Virus record (IMG/VR): IMGVR_UViG_3300025327_000500
DNA from: an uncultured virus (IMG/VR IMGVR_UViG_3300025327_000500)
Lineage: Duplodnaviria > Heunggongvirae > Uroviricota > Caudoviricetes
Direction: 5' to 3' (one strand)
Length of the DNA stretch: 64,000 nt
Numbering within the stretch: position 1 is the first letter of the stretch; every line of letters starts with the position of its first letter. The notes under the pieces are model-generated. The model was given only the letters and a program-made list of their open reading frames with translations, searched no databases and had not been told where the DNA came from. The position numbers and the translations under genes are program-made. This document shows positions 55,126 to 64,000 of this stretch, piece after piece.

Positions 55126-57561
55126 CTAGTCCACCAATATATCCGCTATATTCATCGTCCACACACTTGAATCACCAACAATAATTTCAGCGGGCAAATC
55201 ACCAACAAACATAACAACTTGAGATACTAATGAGATTGTTCTTGAAAGGTTTAGTGCAAAAGTGTCACCGTAATCTAATCCACCTATAATAGAAATAGAT
55301 AGCACTTTCCCCAAAGCAATATCTGTATTAATAGATAAAATTGCAATGTTGAATATAGTAACTGATTTACCTAATAAGAGTTGTTCAGCCAAATCTAAAA
55401 CCATAAAGGTAGAGATACCTAAAGATTTACCTAATCCGATAGATTGATTGATAAACAATTCTCTTGAGGTTGATATGCTATGGCTTCTATTCAAAGTAAT
55501 TGCATCTGAAATTAGAAATGCTGCTGATACCGATAATGCAATCAGCTTATTCAAAGACACATTAGAATTTAAATTTGCTCCTGGACTGGATGTTATTCCA
55601 ATAGATTTAGGTAATAAAATATCTCCAACAGCAGATAAAGTAGTTGCGTTATTGATTGCCATACTCCTGCCAAGCAATAATGTTTCCTCAATAACTCCTT
55701 GAACTGTAGCAAGTGTAGAGATTATTAGGCTTCGTGCTAACGAGGATGTAGCTTGAAAATCACTTGTATTACTAACTAGAATATCTATCGTCTTTGCTAA
55801 AGATAAAGCAGCAACAAATACAGTCTCAACAGATGTAGATATTCCTAACGACTTTCCCAATGTAAGAGAATTGTTCAAGAATATTTCACTGGTTAATAAC
55901 ATTGCCAAAGACTTAATAAAAACAGTCGAAGCCTCGAAAGATGCACCCCCCAACACAACAATCCCATCAGACTTTGCTAATGCTACAGATGCTAATATGG
56001 ATGTGGCTGCATCTGAGGATATGTTCAGTATCCTCCCAAGAGAAATAATACTTTGAATATCTAATGTAGATGACCCAAGAATGTTATTGATCTTACCCAA
56101 AGTTATTGAATTTTGAGCATCCAACTGGCTTGACGATATAAGAGATAAACTCCTTCCTAAAGCGAATAATGCCTCATAAGATAAAAATGATAATGGAGAT
56201 ATACCTAATAACCTAGCCAAAGACAGCGTTGAATTTATTAATAATTCAGATGGAACATCAACAGATAAAATCCTTCCAAGAGTTAATAAATGACTATAAG
56301 TTCCCACTACACTGACAAGCATCCCTATAGATTTAGCAAAAGAAACTGATGGATTGTGAGTTGTTAATGTAGAATTTGCTAGTCCCAAACTTCTAGCCGC
56401 AGAAAACGTATCAGAATATGTGTTACCAGATGCGTACGCATACTCTAACATCGCCGCCTGCCAATAAGGATCAGGGTTGGCATCCTGCGAATAGCCAATC
56501 CTCATCACCATAGCGTTTGCCATCTCCTGTGTCCAGGCGCTTCCAGTTGGAGCTATCATATTGGACTTGAAAAATGCTGTGGTTTCTGACATATCTACTG
56601 GAGTGGCAGCAGTACCATAGATTGATCTTTCTATACCTCCAGATAAAATCATAACGGTTGCTCCATTATTACCTACCGCAGTAGCAGAAGAGTATTCTAA
56701 ATACCCTTTTACAGCATAGACCGTTCCACTGACATTTGGGATTTGCATTTCAACATAATTGGTAGAACCTGCCAAGTTACTCTGGATACGATCTCTCAAT
56801 CCAGTAGACCAAGGCATGTCATCAATCTGAGGATAGGCTAAAACAGTAGTCCCGTTAATATCTGATCCATCATTAATCTCAAGAACATTCGTAGTATTGT
56901 TGTGCGTTCCATCTGCATTTGGAACTAGCCCTCCGATCTTAATATCTCTCATATTCATAAAATCAGCAGCGGTTATAGAATAGGCAACATCATCAAAATG
57001 TATTCTTCCGGCACTAGCACCTCCATTCACGTTGCCTATTTGAACACCTCCAACGTTTGTACCTGTACCCGCCTGTGTAATTTGTGTTTGTTGAACACCA
57101 TCTATTGACCAATCTAAGGTTGATGGATCAGCAGATAATACAAGCTTCAATTCAAGCTGATGCCAGACATTTAATTGAAGATTTACAGATGAATATTGAA
57201 AGGATGCTCCAAGGAAAGATGCTCTCACTTGTCCAGTTTCATTCGTAATCTCAAACCAACAATTATTAACAACTTCGTTATCAATTACTGCAAATCTGAA
57301 AATGCCGGTCGGCATTGCAGTGACAAGCATAAAGTTTACGATACCCACAAAAGTAGTTGTAGATGACTGTATTCTAGGTTGGACATAATTAGTTGTTCCC
57401 CCAATTGCACGCAGATAATAATCGCCTGTTCGTGCCGTTCCAGATTCAATTGCTATCTGTGTGCCTGTTATTCCAGATATAGCAGAATATAACCCTCCAC
57501 CTGCGACAGATAGAACGTCACCTTGCTCAAACCCAAATATATCCGAAGGAGTAGAAGGCAT
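55126..57561 (-). CDS. second fibre protein: lectin-like N-terminus + about 20 20-aa repeats
   Basis: FGFEQG...WHQLELK...HFDDV head; same repeats and C-terminus as 48911-52885. Confidence 0.7.
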   Translation of the reverse strand: MPSTPSDIFGFEQGDVLSVAGGGLYSAISGITGTQIAIESGTARTGDYYLRAIGGTTNYVQPRIQSSTTTFVGIVNFMLVTAMPTGIFRFAVIDNEVVNNCWFEITNETGQVRASFLGASFQYSSVNLQLNVWHQLELKLVLSADPSTLDWSIDGVQQTQITQAGTGTNVGGVQIGNVNGGASAGRIHFDDVAYSITAADFMNMRDIKIGGLVPNADGTHNNTTNVLEINDGSDINGTTVLAYPQIDDMPWSTGLRDRIQSNLAGSTNYVEMQIPNVSGTVYAVKGYLEYSSATAVGNNGATVMILSGGIERSIYGTAATPVDMSETTAFFKSNMIAPTGSAWTQEMANAMVMRIGYSQDANPDPYWQAAMLEYAYASGNTYSDTFSAARSLGLANSTLTTHNPSVSFAKSIGMLVSVVGTYSHLLTLGRILSVDVPSELLINSTLSLARLLGISPLSFLSYEALFALGRSLSLISSSQLDAQNSITLGKINNILGSSTLDIQSIISLGRILNISSDAATSILASVALAKSDGIVVLGGASFEASTVFIKSLAMLLTSEIFLNNSLTLGKSLGISTSVETVFVAALSLAKTIDILVSNTSDFQATSSLARSLIISTLATVQGVIEETLLLGRSMAINNATTLSAVGDILLPKSIGITSSPGANLNSNVSLNKLIALSVSAAFLISDAITLNRSHSISTSRELFINQSIGLGKSLGISTFMVLDLAEQLLLGKSVTIFNIAILSINTDIALGKVLSISIIGGLDYGDTFALNLSRTISLVSQVVMFVGDLPAEIIVGDSSVWTMNIADILVD

Positions 57562-57933
57562 CTAAGGGGTATCCCTGCCTCCTTGTAATCCGGCATAATA
57601 TGGAGGCCATAATACTAAGCCATCTCTATGTTGTGCATTTACACAGGCTGCAAATGGATACCTTCGTAATCCATCTGGACTTACTAGCATCCTCCCTATA
57701 ACTTGATGGTTTTCGTCACATCTAACAGAGTTTGAAAAGTATAAACTATTTTCAGAGGGCGTTGGAGCTTCTTGAGTAAACCCTAATTTTCTTAGAGTAT
57801 TGCCCACCATCCAAAGACTATAGAAACTAACTGCATCTGCTCCTAACTCTATTGGAGGCCAAGAGGGATATGTGCCACTGGGAGGAGGCCAATTGACGGG
57901 CATACCTTTTTTCTTCCTTGCCTGTACCGACAC
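57562..57933 (-). CDS. hypothetical protein
   Basis: ORF abutting the fibre gene. Confidence 0.45.
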   Translation of the reverse strand: MSVQARKKKGMPVNWPPPSGTYPSWPPIELGADAVSFYSLWMVGNTLRKLGFTQEAPTPSENSLYFSNSVRCDENHQVIGRMLVSPDGLRRYPFAACVNAQHRDGLVLWPPYYAGLQGGRDTP

Positions 57934-58006
57934 ATATAATAACGAAGCAATACCGACAACAAAATACTGTTAGTCAGTATTGCTTCTCCATATAGAAAAA
58001 TCCTAG

Positions 58007-58750
58007 TTATGCGCTGGCAGCCGTAAGGCTTACCGTAACATTAAGTGTATCGCCGTTTACAACACTTCTGTTGCCACCAGTAAACGCAGCCCCACCGTAT
58101 AGTGTTCCTGAGGTCTGACCCTGTGTTGGAAGAGTAACCAAGAAAGCTCCACCAACTACCATTGTAGCTGTAATAGCGTAGACCGCTTTAGAAGCAGCAT
58201 TGTCAACACTTCCGGTAACTACTGTCCCCAAAGTAAGAGTTGGCCTAGCACCAGCAAAAGGCCCAACCTCGAACCAACCAGCATGGGACGCCATTGTATC
58301 GGCCTCGGCAAATGTTGGAGTACCAGAAACCAACCCAACATACCACGCAGCAGTATAAGCAGACGCCTTGAAGTGCTTATCCAAACTGTCGGTTCGTCCA
58401 GCCATCACAACGAGGTTCGGAATTTCATAAGACCATACCGGAGGAAGTTCATAAAGGGTCTTAACTTCAACTTCCGAAAGTGGATCACCAAGATCGGAAA
58501 GCAGTTGGATTAGACCACCAATAGGAACTCGTTGCTCTCCATCCCGATATACCAATACCTCTGAGGAAATGTCCGGCCAGAACTTGAGAAATCTTTCCTC
58601 TCCAAGAACGCTCCGAACTGTATCGAGTGAAAGTGGAGCATAGTTTTGAAAATTATAGCTTGTGCTTCTTACCATCGTGCCAATGGGGACATCCTTGTTC
58701 ATTTCAACTTGGGCTGAGAAGGATGCGTCGCTTTCAAGAGAATATTCCAT
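58007..58750 (-). CDS. virion structural (fibre-subunit-like) protein
   Basis: GGAGG RBS; NLVV..G, WYVGL, GGAFL, GTLY, V.NGDTLNVT motifs. Confidence 0.65.
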   Translation of the reverse strand: MEYSLESDASFSAQVEMNKDVPIGTMVRSTSYNFQNYAPLSLDTVRSVLGEERFLKFWPDISSEVLVYRDGEQRVPIGGLIQLLSDLGDPLSEVEVKTLYELPPVWSYEIPNLVVMAGRTDSLDKHFKASAYTAAWYVGLVSGTPTFAEADTMASHAGWFEVGPFAGARPTLTLGTVVTGSVDNAASKAVYAITATMVVGGAFLVTLPTQGQTSGTLYGGAAFTGGNRSVVNGDTLNVTVSLTAASA

Positions 58751-58760
58751 AAAGTGCCTC

Positions 58761-59003
58761 CTACCTAGGAACAATTAGATTAGAATTAGGTTTAATTATC
58801 TTATTTGCCTCATCATTTATTCTTTTCTGCTCTTCTTGCTGTTCCATAAGTGTAATGCCCATATGTTTTAAATATTCTCCCACAAAAATAAGCTGTCCAG
58901 GATACACACCTTTTGTCTCCACATTTACAAACGTAGAACTTGGTGCAGCGAACCTAATAATTATAACACTTTCTGGTATTGTCTCGTCTTGTCTATCATT
59001 CAC
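58761..59003 (-). CDS. hypothetical protein
   Basis: Operon packing. Confidence 0.55.
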   Translation of the reverse strand: MNDRQDETIPESVIIIRFAAPSSTFVNVETKGVYPGQLIFVGEYLKHMGITLMEQQEEQKRINDEANKIIKPNSNLIVPR

Positions 59004-59012
59004 ATTATTATC

Positions 59013-59858
59013 CTACCAGTACAAATATTCATCCCATTGAAGGTCTTTAGAACATCTGGACATAAATAGTTGCTTGTTCTCATTTAATGGATAGGTAAAT
59101 CCGTATGCAGATGCCGTAGCATTAACCATATGATATGCCGTTGCTTGAGAACAGATAACATTATACCCTAAATTGCGAACATTTACCGCAAAATTTACAT
59201 CCTCGTAAGTCCCTAAGCCATATCCAAGATAGAAACCTCTAATATTTTTCCAGATATTACGCCTGGTCATAAATACAGCACCAGTTACAGCAAAACAATC
59301 TCGCATTGCCAAAACTTTAGGATGGTCTGCTCTCCATCCTATAAATTGGTGTTGCACTTCGGCCCTAATATTTACAGATAATCCCACATGCTGAACCTTC
59401 TCAGCAGGCCCATGAGGAGATTCGGGTGGAAATAGTAGTTTCATTCCCACTAAACCATTTTTAGGATCATCCATTTCTCGAACCAGTTTATCCAACGATC
59501 CTTCATGTAAAAACACATCATTAGTCAGGATTAGAATTAGTGGCGACTTGCCTTGTTTAGCGGCAAAATTGCAAGCTAATGGGTATCCTTTTGGGTCTGG
59601 AAATATCGTTGGATGTATCCGTCTATCTCTAATATATTCAGCATAAAACTTTTCTGCCTCTCCTTTAGGACTTCCATTATCACAAATCCAAACATTATAG
59701 GATATATCCTTAGCAGCAGACGGAATTGCATCCAAACATCTAGCCAACAAATCAAATCTGCCTCGATTGGGCATAACTATATCTACCAACGAAGGTAAGA
59801 TAACTTCTACCTTTTTAGATGCTGTAATGTTCTTAGACTTTCTGTGGTTCTTCGACAT
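59013..59858 (-). CDS. glycosyltransferase family 2 (rhamnosyltransferase-like)
   Basis: DIVMP, CDNGS, ACNFAA, LTNDV, AVTGA, YEDV. Confidence 0.9.
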   Translation of the reverse strand: MSKNHRKSKNITASKKVEVILPSLVDIVMPNRGRFDLLARCLDAIPSAAKDISYNVWICDNGSPKGEAEKFYAEYIRDRRIHPTIFPDPKGYPLACNFAAKQGKSPLILILTNDVFLHEGSLDKLVREMDDPKNGLVGMKLLFPPESPHGPAEKVQHVGLSVNIRAEVQHQFIGWRADHPKVLAMRDCFAVTGAVFMTRRNIWKNIRGFYLGYGLGTYEDVNFAVNVRNLGYNVICSQATAYHMVNATASAYGFTYPLNENKQLFMSRCSKDLQWDEYLYW

Positions 59859-61026
59859 TAGTCTTTTCTCTTTTCTTCATCACTTTCTGTAAAGTTGTTT
59901 CCACAATATCTACAGATTTAGACCACTCTCTAGTATTAGCAAACTCTTTTGCTTTCTTAATCATTTCCGTATTATCTGAGTTGTAGGTTTCTAAAAGCAG
60001 TTTTGCTCCTTTTGACCTGCTGGCATAATACCTTCTACCATTCCCAAAAGGATCACGAATTGTATAGTCATAAGGAATTAACCTTCCTCTCCCATCTGAT
60101 AGCAATTCATGGATACCCGTACAATCTGTACCAATACAAGGAATACCACTAGCCATTGCTTCAAGGATGGGAAGGCACATTCCTTCGGCCTTCGATGAAA
60201 TCAGAAATACGTCACTTGCTACATAGATACCCCATAATCTATTTTGTGACATACCTCTCTCTATGATTATCAACTCGGAACCTATTCCAAACTCTTGTGC
60301 TAAATCTTGTAATCTCCATCCTACTGTCGACTGTTCAGCAGTAACCATAACATATTTAGAATTTGGAATTTGCTTGTGAAACTCAACGAACATCTCCATT
60401 GATCGGGATAGAAATTTCCTCTCTTGGTTATACGCTACGGTAAGCACAATATAATCATTCTCTTTGAAACCTAAAGCATTCCTCAAAGCGGTCCTTTCTT
60501 CTGGATTTGCAAATCTCCAGGCATCGGAATTTATACCGACCGGCATGTACTCAGCTTCCACACCAACCTTTCTGGCTTCCTCTGTACCAAACTGAGAAAT
60601 AATTAATGCCTTATCCATAGACATTAGATTTAGTGCCCACGTCATACATAATGGATCAGCCTCGATTGGCATGATGCCAACGTAAGGAATATTCATGCCA
60701 TTCGACCTGAGATATGCTAAATACTGTTCTTGAACAGGAATATCCATTGCGATTAACAGAATGTCAAATTTCCATATCTGTAACAAGTTTTGTAGCATCG
60801 CAATAGATTCTTGAAAGTTTCTGCATGGAATTATGCTAAAGGGAAAGTCATGCTCTTCCCCCAAGTATCCTAAACCAATTGCTTTTATATTATGTCCCCG
60901 CAATCCCAACCCGCTTCCAATTGAAATTGCAACATTAAAGTATCCAGAAAACCTAAAATCGAAATCACTCAAAAGGCAAATCTTCATTGATCTCTTTTCT
61001 TCTTGTATATTATCCATAAGGCTCAT
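59833..61026 (-). CDS. glycosyltransferase family 4
   Basis: N..RK; SDVFLISSKAEGMCLPILEAMASG.P. Confidence 0.92.
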   Translation of the reverse strand: MSLMDNIQEEKRSMKICLLSDFDFRFSGYFNVAISIGSGLGLRGHNIKAIGLGYLGEEHDFPFSIIPCRNFQESIAMLQNLLQIWKFDILLIAMDIPVQEQYLAYLRSNGMNIPYVGIMPIEADPLCMTWALNLMSMDKALIISQFGTEEARKVGVEAEYMPVGINSDAWRFANPEERTALRNALGFKENDYIVLTVAYNQERKFLSRSMEMFVEFHKQIPNSKYVMVTAEQSTVGWRLQDLAQEFGIGSELIIIERGMSQNRLWGIYVASDVFLISSKAEGMCLPILEAMASGIPCIGTDCTGIHELLSDGRGRLIPYDYTIRDPFGNGRRYYASRSKGAKLLLETYNSDNTEMIKKAKEFANTREWSKSVDIVETTLQKVMKKREKTNVEEPQKV

Positions 61027-61204
61027 CCATTATTTCTCTCCAAATTGCATAATCCCCCTCAATGCCACTAAGTAAATCAATCACGGCTTGTACTGGATCA
61101 GGGTAGAGCTTTCTTATCTCAACTGATTCAGCTAATATTTCTGGCAACCTCAATAATAATCGCCTTTGTAAAATGGATTGTACATTATCCATTAAATGCC
61201 TCAC
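61010..61204 (-). CDS. hypothetical protein
   Basis: Overlap-coupled ORF. Confidence 0.5.
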   Translation of the reverse strand: MRHLMDNVQSILQRRLLLRLPEILAESVEIRKLYPDPVQAVIDLLSGIEGDYAIWREIMDEPYG

Positions 61205-61422
61205 CTTTCCATCGTTAATATATATAATTCGTTTTGTTCTAATGGATATTGAATTAATAATTCATTCCTTAACCATTTCAAGTCCTTTATATCCATTAAT
61301 AACAATTCTTGCTTTCCTCTTATTCGTATATATAATGTACATCCATTTACACGCAAAAAATGTAATTCCTTGTTTAATATTGTTGGGCTTGGTATAACTT
61401 GAAGAAATGTATCATTGCTCAT
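61201..61422 (-). CDS. hypothetical protein
   Basis: Overlap-coupled ORF. Confidence 0.5.
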   Translation of the reverse strand: MSNDTFLQVIPSPTILNKELHFLRVNGCTLYIRIRGKQELLLMDIKDLKWLRNELLIQYPLEQNELYILTMER

Positions 61423-61578
61423 TGAAAACTTTACCTCTTTTTGCGATTATTTTTCCATATTTTATGATTATAAATACTTCTTTTCCAATTAATCAGTTTC
61501 TTATACCAACTTGGAATCATTATTACAGAGTAGTTATCCATCGCCAATCTCTGACTAACTATTTTATCGTATTCTTTA

Positions 61579-62604
61579 CTATCCATTGAACACTTTTTTA
61601 TCCCATTCCTTTGCTATTATATCGGGTTCAAATCTTGCAAATGCTTTTAGCTTTATATCTCTAATATCTATTGGATTATTTATTGCGTTTACAACAGCAT
61701 CCACAAACCGAGGTCGGAAATTTGATTCTCCTCTTGGAACTATCTTGCACATATTTGTAGTCGATAATGCACCTGCATCGCTAGTTATAGTATATATACC
61801 ACAACATTGCGCCTCGGCTACTGACACACACATTAATTCGTCATAAGAACATGGATATAAAAGAAACTCAGAACTCAACTGTTCCTGGATTAAATCTTTC
61901 CTAAGAATTGCTCCTAAGAATCTGATGTTATCCGTATACATCCATTTCAATCTATGAGGCATGTTTCTTTCATCCACTCCCCACAATCTATAATCAGATG
62001 TGATTGTTAGAGTTATATCTGGAATGGATTGTTTTATTGAAGGCCAACATTCGTATAAATCCATCAACCCTCTATCCGGTACAGAAGTAAAAATACACTT
62101 GTTCTTTATTTTCACTGTAGGTTCATCTATCACAAGATCATCTAACCGGATTGGCAAATCTATTACTTCTGTATTTGTTATCTGATAAACACCTCTAAAA
62201 TAATCTTGATGAAACTTAGAAATACACACAATCTTTTGCACATAAGGAGCAAAAACTTTGAAATCTCCTTCTGTATATTGGTCACAGGATAACCATACCT
62301 TAAGTCCATTTGATATAATAGACAATGAATTAGGAGAACGAAACGTAATCAGAACATCTCTATTTGCTTTAGGCTCAAATTGACTGACGTATCTTTGCTC
62401 GAATGGACTTGCACCTAACTCTGTAGGATTATTATATAAAATAACTTCGTGTCCTAATTTATTCCAGGTTTCACACAAAGTTAATAACCCATACTCACTG
62501 CCTCCAACTCCGATCCCTCGTCTACCTTCTCCCCATAAGTCTTTTAGAGTCACTCCTAATGAGCTTCCACCATTTTCATTGTTACATAGAATGTCTATTT
62601 TCAT
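61579..62604 (-). CDS. GT-B fold glycosyltransferase (GT4-like)
   Basis: GVGGSE, TSVPDRGL, LYPCSYDELMCVSVAEAQ..G. Confidence 0.88.
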   Translation of the reverse strand: MKIDILCNNENGGSSLGVTLKDLWGEGRRGIGVGGSEYGLLTLCETWNKLGHEVILYNNPTELGASPFEQRYVSQFEPKANRDVLITFRSPNSLSIISNGLKVWLSCDQYTEGDFKVFAPYVQKIVCISKFHQDYFRGVYQITNTEVIDLPIRLDDLVIDEPTVKIKNKCIFTSVPDRGLMDLYECWPSIKQSIPDITLTITSDYRLWGVDERNMPHRLKWMYTDNIRFLGAILRKDLIQEQLSSEFLLYPCSYDELMCVSVAEAQCCGIYTITSDAGALSTTNMCKIVPRGESNFRPRFVDAVVNAINNPIDIRDIKLKAFARFEPDIIAKEWDKKVFNG

Positions 62605-63236
62605 AATTTAGATAACCTATCTATCGTAGTTTTTATTGCATTCTCATCTATATCAATTCCAATCCATCGTCTGCCTAATCTTTCACAAGCCTCAAGAAAT
62701 GTTCCAGAACCACAAAACGGGTCTAATATCAATTCTTCTGGCTTAGTAACTTTCTCAATAAGATACATAGACCAGTCTAAAGATTGTTGCCATTCGTGTA
62801 AATTCTTTTCTTTATTTTTACTTAGTAATTTATCTTTCAAGAAACCATAATGCCGTTCTTTTGGAAACTTATGTTTTACATACCAAAGCAAAGGTTTCCA
62901 ACATACCTCTATACCCATAGCCATTCTAGCATGTGAATCATTTTCCTGATCTAAATTTAGTATCCAACGATATTTTAATCTACCTCGAAATAATGACATT
63001 ACATTTTCCAACTGATAATGACCGAGAAGCATAAATAATGATGCTCCACTTTTCATAACCGTTGGAATACTCAAAGCAAGATATTGAAAACAAGAAAAAT
63101 ATGCTTTAGGATATGGAGGATCAGTAAAAACTAAATCTATTGAATCTGGTTCAACATATAATAATAAGTCTTTTGTATCACCATGATATAGTTCTCCTAA
63201 ATCTGTTTCATATACTAATTTCATTTCTTTTTCCAT
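62601..63236 (-). CDS. DNA amino-methyltransferase (m6A/m4C, beta class)
   Basis: TDPPY before LDPFCGSGT. Confidence 0.9.
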   Translation of the reverse strand: MEKEMKLVYETDLGELYHGDTKDLLLYVEPDSIDLVFTDPPYPKAYFSCFQYLALSIPTVMKSGASLFMLLGHYQLENVMSLFRGRLKYRWILNLDQENDSHARMAMGIEVCWKPLLWYVKHKFPKERHYGFLKDKLLSKNKEKNLHEWQQSLDWSMYLIEKVTKPEELILDPFCGSGTFLEACERLGRRWIGIDIDENAIKTTIDRLSKL

Positions 63237-63814
63237 CCTATTATTCTAGTTTCTTTGAAAATATCTTCATCCAACCTTTCAAAAGTCTCATCATTATCCA
63301 AATGTTTTACATCTTCTGGTTTCACCTCAGGGGTGAAATACTCTCTCGGAACAGTTCTTACTTTTCGTATTCCATCATGAAAATCATGCGCCATTATAAT
63401 ATCACCATAGTTGCAAGCGTTTTTGAAATGACGCAATTCTGTTACTTTATTTCCACCATCACAATAAATAATCTTACTATTCAAATTGATTAATTTGTCA
63501 TGGATTTCAGGACTGAAACAATCTCCACAAATAAGTTCAGCATAATTCTGAGAAATTCTTTGATTTCGTTTATACATTTCTATTACTGCTGGTCGCACTA
63601 AATTACAATCTAATTCAATTCCAATATATTTAACATCAGCTAATGCTCGCATAAGACAGTAGGACAGTCCACCCTCATGCACTCCAACTTCTATGAACCA
63701 GATAGGATGCTGATTTATAATAAAATGTTCAAGTGTAAAATATTCAAACCAACTATGCCCCAATCGAATATCATCTATTATTTCTGTTCCAACAATTGGT
63801 TCTAATCTTCCCAT
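63221..63814 (-). CDS. class I SAM-dependent O-methyltransferase (CmcI/Methyltransf_24-like)
   Basis: IEVGVHEGG, YIGIE, CDGGNK, AHD. Confidence 0.7.
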   Translation of the reverse strand: MGRLEPIVGTEIIDDIRLGHSWFEYFTLEHFIINQHPIWFIEVGVHEGGLSYCLMRALADVKYIGIELDCNLVRPAVIEMYKRNQRISQNYAELICGDCFSPEIHDKLINLNSKIIYCDGGNKVTELRHFKNACNYGDIIMAHDFHDGIRKVRTVPREYFTPEVKPEDVKHLDNDETFERLDEDIFKETRIIGWKKK

Positions 63815-63828
63815 ATATTATCTCCTTT

Positions 63829-64000
63829 TTATGCTCTAGGACAAGAAGAACAATAAGGATGGTTCAACCGTCCGTTTACGTTCCTCAAATTCAAAGCTAT
63901 TGTTCTATGTGGTTCACCAAACCAAAAATCTTCAATACCAATATCAGGAAAGTAACCCAATCTAAAGTTACCTACCACGTCATCACAACACAACAAATAC
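63829..64000 (-). CDS. C-terminal SPASM/Twitch domain of a probable radical SAM protein (partial)
   Basis: My translation: YLLCCDDVVGNFRLGYFPDIGIEDFWFGE...HPYCSSCPRA*. Confidence 0.6.
   Translation of the reverse strand, partial: YLLCCDDVVGNFRLGYFPDIGIEDFWFGEPHRTIALNLRNVNGRLNHPYCSSCPRA

Noticed and set aside
48911..57561. Diversity-generating retroelement acting on the fibres
   Set aside because: No reverse transcriptase and no near-identical TR/VR pair seen; the repeats are old and diverged.
1..64000. Stop-codon reassignment, or an integrated prophage with att sites
   Set aside because: Core genes are full length in the standard code with all three stops used; no integrase or host housekeeping genes in the window.

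Overview
An AT-rich segment of a tailed dsDNA phage with a siphovirus-type tail, probably most of a circularly permuted genome. The minus strand carries the late genes: terS/gmd/terL, portal, ChaB-protease/scaffold and capsid at the left end, and glycosyl-/methyltransferases, repeat-rich fibres, neck, tail, tape measure, baseplate and a GH25 endolysin at the right. The plus strand (12.6-35 kb) carries rmlB/rmlC, many small early genes and a replication/recombination module (UvrD-like helicase, SSB-like protein, primase, DnaB-like helicase, PolA, UDG-like protein, RecA, RuvC-like resolvase). I saw no integrase, tRNA or CRISPR array. The main finding is a 309-aa intein in the terminase Walker A motif. 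Its endonuclease is not in the intein reading frame: a complete HTH-HNH endonuclease gene with its own -10 box and RBS lies on the opposite strand, and both frames are open. Also notable are a dispersed rhamnose/GDP-deoxysugar glycosylation kit, two 20-aa-repeat fibre proteins sharing a C-terminal anchor, candidate structured and anti-RBS RNAs, and several regulatory DNA motif arrays. All functional calls come from reading motifs by eye; no database searches were run.
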